Below the pieces are notes generated by a model. That model worked only from the letters and a program-made list of their open reading frames with translations, ran no database searches and was not told where the DNA came from. From contig OZ025671.1 of NCBI GenBank assembly GCA_964019335.1, forward strand, positions 558,001 to 622,000: 64,000 nt of DNA, written 5' to 3'. This document shows, in pieces, positions 54,514 to 64,000 of this stretch (within the stretch, counting starts at the first letter, position 1; every line of letters begins with the position of its first letter). The stretch is from Diplonema japonicum (taxonomy: Eukaryota; Protista; Euglenozoa: Diplonemea). The translations under genes were made by a program, and so were the position numbers.

Positions 54514-57500
54514 TCACTCAGCCACATCGAGGATGAGGGCAGCTCCCGCGATGGTCCACTTTCTCGGAGGTGCCTTTGTACGGAGCCAAAGGCCGGTTAC
54601 GATACCGGGGCCTCGCTGTTGTGTCTTGTAGAGCGGGCACTCATATTGATCTTTTCTATCAATCTTTGTGGAGGGGAGCGATCGGACTGTGGTGCAGGGG
54701 ATTCTGCAGAACAGTTCCTTGGGTGCCGACTCCTCGATGCAGCCTTGGCTGTTATCCCACCGTGCTCCCTCCAAGAACATGCCGCAGATGTAGGCACCGT
54801 CCTTCGCCGCGTACTCTATCTGGTCCGGCCATTTCTTCGACACCTCCGAGATAAGCGCCATCTGATCAAGGTCGAAGTTGTTCCTTATGGCCGTGTCCTG
54901 CATGATGGCCGTCAGGAACGACATCGGGTTGAACAAGTAGTTCAAGAAGGTTACCTGTGGTGATTGCCCTTTTCTTCTTATCTACCTTTGGCGTCTGCAG
55001 CTCTGCTGTCCACTCCACAAGCTGCAGGTTTCGATCTGTGAAGTTCTGAAACCAGCTCCCAAGGGCACGCAGCGACCTTTTTTTTTTTTTTTTTTTTTTG
55101 TGTTCGCTATATTGCACATACAAGAAGGAAGCCTTGCTCCATGAATCGCTTACTTTGTTGACGTGGATACAATCGAACAGCGCTTGCATCTGGACAGACA
55201 TCGACAGTGCACCGTTCAGCCCTAGGTCCAACTCCGTCAACGACTGTGTGTATGTGTGACAGCTGCCTGCATACCAGCATAACCACCTCGCGCAGGATGT
55301 TAGCACGCTCAGCCTCTTGATAGAACACGTGTGCCTGAGGCGATCTGTCCTCGTCGAGCCTCTCCGAGATGTCCTGCAAGTTGTGCTGGTCAGGCAACGA
55401 CGACATCAGCTCGTCCAGTTTTACCTTCACGTCTTCTGCGGGGTCCATGCCTGTGGTTCCTTGCTGCCGGGGCTGCAGCTCGTTGATCGTTCGGAACAAG
55501 ACCTCCGCTTGTAAAGTTCTGAAACCGATCTCAGCATTGGGGTGCAGGCCATAGAGCAAGGGGCTCTCGCTAGGGAATCCATCGGACATCGCATCGCGGG
55601 CTTCTTTGAAGTTGTTGAAGTTGGGGACGATGACACCGGGGGCTAGCTCCAGCTCCTCCGTGATACCAGAATGTATGGAATTCTGGAGGTACGCACTGCA
55701 CAGGACTCTGTCCCAGTCGTCGGTGATGTGCCCCCCGTACATGATCTCACCAAACACGTACCGCAGGTCGTCCCACGGGATCCTCGTGCGCTCCTCGTAG
55801 TTGTAGAAGACTTCTATGCACGTGGCAAGGTCGCCTGTGTTGAAGGGGTACACCCTGTTCCATCCCTGCGGCCCGAACTTCTTCCGTTCAATGACAACTG
55901 CATGGAAGAAACACATCGCGTAGACCACCGCCTTGTACTCGGAGGGCTTCTGGGAATTTTCCCACGGTTCGTGTTGGAAGTTGGCTAGCGCCCGCAGCAT
56001 GTTTGCCTGAATCCCACTGGGGGGCTCGTTCGTGAGCTGTGCGTGTTGAAAGGACCAAAAAGAAAACTTTGAAAAGTATACCTTAATAGAACGCTGCAGG
56101 ATCCCAATGGGTATAGTGGCCGACGGCTCTGCTGACAAGAACACGCGGAAGGTGAGGTCGCCCTTCTCACCTTCCCACTGCAGCTCGGGGTCGTCGTCGT
56201 CGAGCAGCAGGTCGTCGTCCTCTTCTTCTTCTTCCTCTTCCGGTACCACGTCTTCTGCCTCTTCCGTGTTGTCTGTCACCTTTTCTTCTTGCTGCTTCAC
56301 ATTCTCAGACTTCTTCGAAGCACGTGCCGCAAGGCGCTTCTCGCGCTTTATCTTTTCAAAAATGGCCATCTTCGTGTACACCTCTTCGTAGTAGTCGAGC
56401 TTCTTCTCCAAGTCCTTGCAGAAGGACTCCACCAGGTGGATGTTGTTGAGCATCGCCCACCCTCCCTGATGAAACGTGTGCTCCAGAGACTTGAACGCCC
56501 TTGGCTCCTGGCCCTGTCCCAGCGACACGTTGAAGAACTTGTCGGCCTCTTCTGTGAAGCCCAGTTCCTTGCCCAGCGCCACTACAAACTGCACTGGATC
56601 GACACCAGGTGAGAGAATAAAAAACACTGGGATTGAAGGTCCAGAGTCCTCGAATGATACTTTTAGGCTCACGGCCTTGTCCTCAACGAAGAACTTGCCA
56701 ATAGAGTCAGCCACGAATTGCGTTAGACCAACTGTGAGTCTGTCGGGTCGGAGTGCTCTCAAGATGAGCAGTCTCTGAAAGTCTTTCAAGTTCTTCCAGT
56801 CTGTGGGAAGTCGCCCCTCGTCCTTGTCTTCAGGGTGTTCCATTTCGCACCATTTCTGCCACCTGTTGCTTTCTTCAATATCTTTTTCTAGCTGCGAAAA
56901 CGGTGGGTTCGTGCCCTCCACCTCCTTCAGAGCTTGCATGGCAGCCCAGTTCGCTTCAGGCAACCACGTGGCCACGCCGTCAGGTCTCTCCACACCGAAT
57001 TTCTTGGTGCCTCTCAGCAAGTAGTTCAGTTGCTTTCTGTCGATCTCATTCTCTTTTTGCAGGATTGCAAAGCATAAAAGCGCGCTGAAGATAAGCTTAT
57101 GTTGCTCGAAGAGGCCTCTGCTGCAGAAGGCAAACATGGTCTTTGTGATGCTCTCCGTCAGTAGCTCACACCTCGCGTGGAGGTCGTCTTCCTCCTCAGG
57201 CCTAGGTGCTCTCAACAGTGCCTTAACGAAGATCGCCATGTATGCACCAAGGGAGTACTGGTACATGTGATTGATCTTTGCAAGCTGATCGATTTGAAAG
57301 AAGAGAAGCGATCCTCGCACCGCGACAGTGGTGTACGTCCTTCTGCTGATCCCGATGGAGGACTGCATCTCTCGTGCCTCGACCATGCTCTTGGCGATTT
57401 CGGCGGCCTTCTTTTTTGTCGTTTCCAAGTTCTCGACAAGGGTGACGTTGTCGAGGATGTCGCCTGTTGCTGCTGCCAGTGCCTGCAGGAGGTTCTCTTC

Positions 57501-60500
57501 GCAGTTCTCAAGGTCGATGGTCATCTGGTTCATACTCCGCAGCAGTGTGACTCTACTCTCTTCGAGGTCCGGTCTTTCCTTGTTGACCACCACAGCTAGT
57601 AACTGGTCCTCCAGCCCCTCCGGCGTCACCATGAAGTTGATAAGTGTAGCTTGTGCATTGAGCTCAGGCTTGTAGTGAGGGTTCGAGAGCCGTGTTTGCA
57701 GGTACAGCTTGAAGTTAGGGTCGTAGAGCGTCTCCTTGTCACCGAGCTTCATAAATAGCTTGTTGTCTTTTTTGGTAACTACACGCCCCAGGACAGGCTC
57801 GAGGATGGGGTCGAGAGACTCTTCGATCTTCTCGATCAAACAAGGAAGACCCTCGCTGAGGCACTTTATGACAGTGTTTAGGTAGCCCTTTTGGGTGGTC
57901 TGACAGACTTGCAGCTTTTCTTTTTCTCTGGTTTTGATCCACTTGATCCCCTGCAGCTGCGGGTCGATGAGTAGTGGCCACCGCGTGCAGTTGCACACGA
58001 GTGCACCGTTCTCCGTCGAAAGGCGGTCGCTCTTCAGCTCCTCGTTCTGCCACCCTGCGACTTCTGCTTCGCTGGTCAGAATCTTCATCACTATGTCCAA
58101 GTCCGGTGTGTGTGGTATCTTGCGGTCTTCGATATCAGGGTACCAGTCTTGGTTCAAGATGGACTCCCGGAAGGACTTTGTGAAGGGGCCGATGTAACTA
58201 ACGAAAGCGGAGCTCAGCAGCACATCGCCGATCAGTAGCGAGGACTTTGTTTGCAACTCTTCGATAGTGGCCGCCCACCTTGACCTCTCGCCCGCCAGAC
58301 CCCCCACAAGCCTCTCCGCGAGACTCGCCTTGTCCTGTGTCTTCTTCGCTTTTGCTTCTATCTGCCTTGTGTCTTCGACAGCCTCGTCAAACTGTTTCAC
58401 CAACGCACTGAGCTTGGCCTTCAACTCCGACACTCTGTCTTGCACCTTCTTCAACTCCCCTTTAGATCTTGCTAGCCTTTCTTGTGCTTCTGCGAGTTTT
58501 TCCTCCTTCGGCTTCACTTCACACCTAATAGCATGGTACTTGTGCATATTCACCACCCAAGCACACAGCCCTGCAGCTGCTTGCGACTTCGTCTTAATGA
58601 GTTCAGGCCTGAAACATGGATCCTTAATGTAGTCGCTGATGCTGTCGATGCACGGTTGGGGGATGCTGTTCGCATCATAGTCGCGCAGGTCCTTCAGCCA
58701 CCTGTCGACGTTGGCCATCATCTTCTTGCAGTTGGCCCAATCACGTGACTTTTTAGGCGGGATCCTTTTGGGGTCCGCAGTCAGGCACATTACAGCAACA
58801 GCCACAAGTTCAACATCAGGCGGTGGCTTTCCCAATGCTTTCAGTTCTGTTAGGTCTCCCTTGTTGAGTGAGTCCAGTGCAGCGAGGGCCTCCTGGACAA
58901 TTGGTTGCGCTGCCTCAAGATCCTTCTTGCACTCGAGAGCGAGTGCTTGCGACTCTTGGAACACTATGTTCGTCTTGTTCTCTTCGACCTCTGCTTTGTC
59001 TTGCTCACCTGAGACCATGTCTTTCTCTTTCTCCACGTGCTCCATCAGCCGTTGTGATACTTGTGCCTTCTGCGCGACGACAACCTATAATGTGTTGTTG
59101 TGTGTTTTCCATCATACTTGTTCTTGTTTAAGCTTCTCTTGGAGCTCGGCCACTTGTTCGCTGGCCATTTGGATCTTATCTATACCATTCGCAAGGCGCT
59201 CCTGTGTGTGTGTGTGTGTGTGTTGTCACTTGCACGTACCCGATTTGTATCCAAGGCCTGTCGCTTTGACAAAAGCAGATCTTTGTAGAGTTGGATGAGC
59301 TCCAGGAAGGATTTTGGTGTTGTGTAGCAGTATCGCTTTTCTTGAGTAAGAAACTGGTTGGAGCGCTCGGTGATCTTCTCGTGACAGAAGGCCATGTGCT
59401 CAGCGATGGATTCAGTGCAGTCGTTGAGATTGACGTCAGAGAGAAAGCGTGTGGCGACGGAAACAAGCGCCTGCTGTGGCCATGGGTGGAACCAGTCGAT
59501 GACAGTTGTGTTGGCTAAAGCGGGGAACTCTCGACACCATGTTGCGAACTGCTGCCCCACAGGCGAGAAGCACAATATAGTGTGTAGGTTTGCTCGCACC
59601 TTGTTGATGTAAAACTGCCACAGCACCGACGGGGTGAGCTCCACAACGCCCTGTGCCTTGGCTTCGTTGACCATTGCAGACTGGATGCTCTCCATGTCCT
59701 CCTGCGGGAAGAGGTCGGGGATGTTTCCGCTGTTCAACAAATCGTTTAAATACACGAGCATCTCCCTCACAACGATCTGGCTGTCTGTGATGAGGAACGC
59801 GTACTGTAGGTTCTTCTGCCCACACTTGTGATACAAGTGCTGCAGGTCCTCCTTGAACTGTGCGATGCCGTATTTTGCTGTAACTACTATCTGAAACTTC
59901 TCCAAGCCGCATATGAACGAGGCAAGCCGTGACAAGGACTGCTTCCCACTCCCACCAACACCTACGAGCAGTGCGTTCCCCCTGGGGTTGTGGAGCACTC
60001 TGCATATTCTGCAGATGTGCTGCATGGCGTGTTCGAACAGCACAAGCTTCATGCTCGCATTGCATTCATTGTACTCTAACAGTCTCGCGTTGAGATATTT
60101 ATACAGATCATCGAAGCTGTCCATGTCCTTCAGGACACCCTCGTTGCCGTCTTTGTCAAGACCAAAGGGCGCCCAGATGTTTGGTTCCATCAACACTTCA
60201 TCCATCACGACATCGTCGCCTAGCGCAGAGCGGTCCCGCAGCAACTGTGTGAGGGAGTCGTCGTAGATCTGAATATCCTTCTCACAAGTCAGCCTGTCCC
60301 TAAATGTCCTGTTGCACTCGTGCAGCCACAACCTAACCAGCGCGTTGGGGGCCTCATGATCTGCGATAGCACTATTGGCCAACCCTTGGAAGATGTTAAA
60401 CATCTCGCGGAGATTCCACTGGTAGTGAAACTTAACGGCTGTTGGGAGGAAGTGCTTCGACACCGTCTTGTGCAGCTTGATGGTGGAATGCGTCAGCTTC

Positions 60501-63500
60501 TCTGCCAGATTTTGACACGAACGCGACCATTTGCTGAGGTGTCCCTTGAGGATCGACCCGTAGATGAGATTCATGTCGCCCTCCTCAGGCAGTGAACAGG
60601 TGAACATTGCAAAGTGCCGCAGTGCACGGTCTGTGATGGTAAAGGTGCCCGACTTGGGGTTCATGGCGGCAATGTACTGGCACTTGTCAATTTCCTTTAA
60701 TGGGAACCCAGGTTTCACCCTGTCGTACCAAAACTGGTAGTCGATATGCTGTCTCAGGAACGCGATGGCCTCCTGCGTGCCGTACTTGTCAGGTGTTGGC
60801 ATGTTGATGTCATCGATGAAGAAGATGAGCCGTTTCTTCCCAGGAGGGCCAAACATCTTCCCAGCCTTTTTTTCGAGTTTCTGCTCCATGACCATCTGCA
60901 GCCCGCGTGGGGTCGTCATCGCGTTGAACGCAATCATCTGGTAGATGCACTGCGTTTGTTCAATGCTGTTCAGGTAATTCAGGCAGATATTGCTCTTGCC
61001 CGTGCCAGCGGTCCCTACAAACACGACAGCCTTCCTGTTGCTCGCCAAGAGGTCCATGAGGTACGAGAGTCGCGTGGTGTCGACCGTATCGATGGAAATG
61101 TCTGCAAAAGGCTTGTCGGGGTTGTGCTTATAAGGAGGAACGATCGCCGACCACAGCGTGAACTCCCCGTCTTGTAGGAACACGTCGAAGATGTTCTGTT
61201 TGTCTGCAGGCACTTTGCCGTCTTCAATTTTTATAGACGGCCACTCCTTCTTCCACCAGTTATTGAAATTCGTCCTGTAGTCTATTCTGCCATCAGATGA
61301 CAAAGGCCCCCCAAAGGCCCATATGCACGCGAACAAGAAGTACTTTTCGTACATCTCAGAAGACGATCCTGGTTGGATGTACTTCGGCACGCACAACCCC
61401 TCAAGCAGGTGGCAGACGGTCTGCACGATGGCAAGGTCGACGATGGCAACAGGCGTCTTCATCACTCGCTTGTACCAGTCGATGACGGGTGGGATGTACT
61501 TGTCGAAAAAGCTGTCCAGGCATGTTCTCTCCTTCTCGTCCTCACGTGAAGCGATCCACTTGTCTTTGAAAGGCTGCCACCCGAGGTCGGTGTCATTGAT
61601 AAAGATGATACCAGCACGCGACACTGTGGCAGGCGAGGCGTTCTTCAGGTCACTGATTTCAAAGATCATGCGCATGGAAGGCGTTAGGGGGATTCGCTCG
61701 TTCGACGCAAGCGTCAACATCTTGTTGTCGTCCATCACTGTGTTCATGGACTCGATCCACTCAGCATCAATCACCCCGTCTAGCACTAACCACTTCGCGT
61801 TGTCCTTGTATTGTGATTGCTCAGCGTACTCTCGAAACAGGTTTGACAGCAGCCCATCCTTCCACTCACGCGATTGCGGGTGAATGTATCCGTATAACTC
61901 ATCCGATGTCACCGCCTTAGGGTCCATCACCTTGTAGTCGGTGTTGTTTCCCATAATCTTGAAGGCTTTCGCTAGAGTCTTCCAACACTCAGACTTCCCA
62001 CACCCAGCAGGGCCCATTACGAACACGCTATGGCGCACATCAAGAAGCTCTGCGTATTGCACACACCGCAGGATGAAGATGTCGTTTTCGCCTCGGAGCA
62101 GTTTTCTCTCACTGCAGGCTTGTCTGCAAGAGTCGTTCAACTTTGGGTTCACCTTCGGGGGCACATCTAAATTAGGGAACAAAGCCTTGATGAGCCCCAT
62201 GAACACGAACACGTCGTCGCGTGACAGCTTCGCCATGTTCGTGTCACGCAGTGCCCTCATGAGCACTGCCCGTTCAGGCACCGTGGTGTCATCTCGCTTC
62301 AAAGACCCTGCAATGTACAGCACTGACTTTACAGCCCTAAGCCCCCAGTCATAGTGCGCTTGTGGCGACAGCAGCTCTTTGTTAAGCTTGTATAGTGTTA
62401 CAAATTTCAAGGCCAAATCCTTGGCGTCCTGGAACCCTTCAGCTGCAAGCATAATCTCGCAGATATTCTTTAAATCCGGCACGCACATGGCACACGGTCT
62501 AAAAAGACTCTTGATGTTCTCAGGAAGCTCGGTTCTGCCTGCGTAACCTGGGTTCATGGTGATCCACATGCCCACTTTAGGGATGAGAGAGATCTCTTCG
62601 TCCATAAACTTGAAAGTATGCTTGTTGAGTTTTAAGGCGTTCAGAATGCTGCCCACCTGAGTAGCAACCACGGAGAGCACCTGGATGGGGATTCGGTTGA
62701 ATTCATCGAAACACCCCCACGACCCGCTCATCGACAGGCCCTTGAAAATCTGCCCCAAACTCAGGTAGTCCATCTGATCCGAGCAGTTAAACACGTAGCA
62801 CGCTATTCCCAGGTTACGCGCCAGGTCCTTTGTTGTTTCCGTTTTGCCGGTACCAGCAGGTCCTGCAGGGGCACCGCCCTTAACGAGCCGCAGTGCTTGC
62901 GTTAGTGTGATGTAGCATCTGTCGGTGAGTTTCGTGATAACTAAGCACCCGCAGATCCCGATATACTCGTAGCCGTTGATGAAGGAAGCGTCACAGATAT
63001 CAATAACAGAGCCCCTTTTTTCATCCCAGCTGTACCGCAGTTGCGACTGCCATGTGAAGTTGTCTCTGTTCTCTGCTTTCTCATCGATGATCCAGCTCAC
63101 TACGTCACGAGCATGGACGTCGATAGTGATTAAGTGCACCAGCATGCCTCTCTCGTTCTTCGTCAGCTCTGAGAGGACCAGCTGGATCAAACCACCAATC
63201 TGCGTTTGCTGCTGCTTGAAGAAGTCCTTCAGCGAAGTCTCATTCCCGTCCTCCAGCTGAGCGAAGGCTTGCTCGCACTCCTGGGTGAACCATATCCTGC
63301 TAGCTACGATGATGGTCTGACACGGATAGCCCCTCTTCATGACCCACTCTACACGGGGCGACTCCACGTACGTGGTGTGCCCCTCCATGATGGACGCTTT
63401 GATTGTCTTAAACATGAGATCCACGCACCCCATGAGCCAGTCCTCTACGGGGCCTTCGCAGTCGAAAGCCTCACATGTCTCAACTGTCTCGCCTTGGATG

Positions 63501-64000
63501 GAGACTATCTCTATCGCTTTCTTTGAGTCCGGCTGGATGGTGAAGGACTTTGCGGAGTCGATCATCTTTGACATGTGCTTCATGACGGCCACGGGATCAG
63601 AGCCCTTCGATAGGATATCGATGAGGTCTGTGTCGCTTAAGAAGAAGAACCGCGCGAACAGCTTCTTCTTCCCTTCCAGGTACTCTCGCAGTTTTTTCTG
63701 GCAGTTTGTGAGCGTCTCGTCAATGGTAGTGAGCAGCGTTTCGAAGTCGTCGTCTCGCTCCAGCTGCCTCTGCATGATATCCGTGCAGCAGACCTCTATA
63801 ACAGAGGAATAGTTGTGCGCCTTTGACATCAGCGACCTGTACAGCTCGTCGGCTCCCTGGAAAGCCCTCGCGTCCTCCTGCAGCTGCTCCCTGATGTCGA
63901 CGGACTCGATGAAGATGGGGTACAGGTTCTTCCACATCTTTTGCAAATCAATCCACTTTGACATGCACGTCTCGACTGTGCCTAGATTACGCTGCCATTT
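54514..64000 (-). CDS. Axonemal outer-arm dynein heavy chain (beta/DNAH9-11-17 type), 5' end outside window
   Basis: P-loops GPAGTGKT, GPAGCGKS, GTAGTGKS, GVGGSGKQ; stalk and microtubule-binding domain; C-terminal YECPLYKT..RGP. Six GT-AG introns: 59239-59202, 59117-59085, 56081-56037, 55274-55244, 55121-55077, 54985-54955. Confidence 0.95.

Noticed and set aside
8911-63812. Long plus-strand ORFs (e.g. 47113-48150, 38105-38902, 9090-9866)
   Set aside because: Antisense shadows of GC3-rich minus-strand genes; no motifs of their own.

Overview
Eukaryotic nuclear DNA, most likely from a diplonemid-like euglenozoan (inferred from gene architecture, not from a search). All 20 supportable protein genes lie head-to-tail on the minus strand, some only 60-130 nt apart. 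They carry short GT-AG introns (31-65 nt) that end in CA- or A-rich tracts rather than polypyrimidine tracts. Recognisable genes include an ankyrin protein, dynactin p62, a NADAR-domain protein, a MAPK-like kinase, a BORCS6-like protein, propionyl/acetyl-CoA synthetase, a SMYD-type SET protein, a PPPDE peptidase, PP4R1, a NagB-NagA fusion, a PTEN-like protein, a septin-like GTPase, PRMT7, ALG12, GSK3 and an outer-arm dynein heavy chain that runs off the right edge. The long spacers are saturated with homopolymer runs and hold several small mobile elements: a decayed piggyBac inside an intron, a TTAA-flanked MITE, and two hairpin/inverted-repeat elements, one with two convergent tRNA-like units. 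The main discovery is a ~300-nt dispersed, SINE-like repeat with 4 copies, all in sense orientation just downstream of stop codons. Its 5' end folds by hand into a complete HDV-like self-cleaving ribozyme (P1, P1.1, P2, P3, P4, catalytic C) in both copies that retain it. The second highlight is the NagB-NagA fusion, whose deaminase half appears to have lost key catalytic residues.
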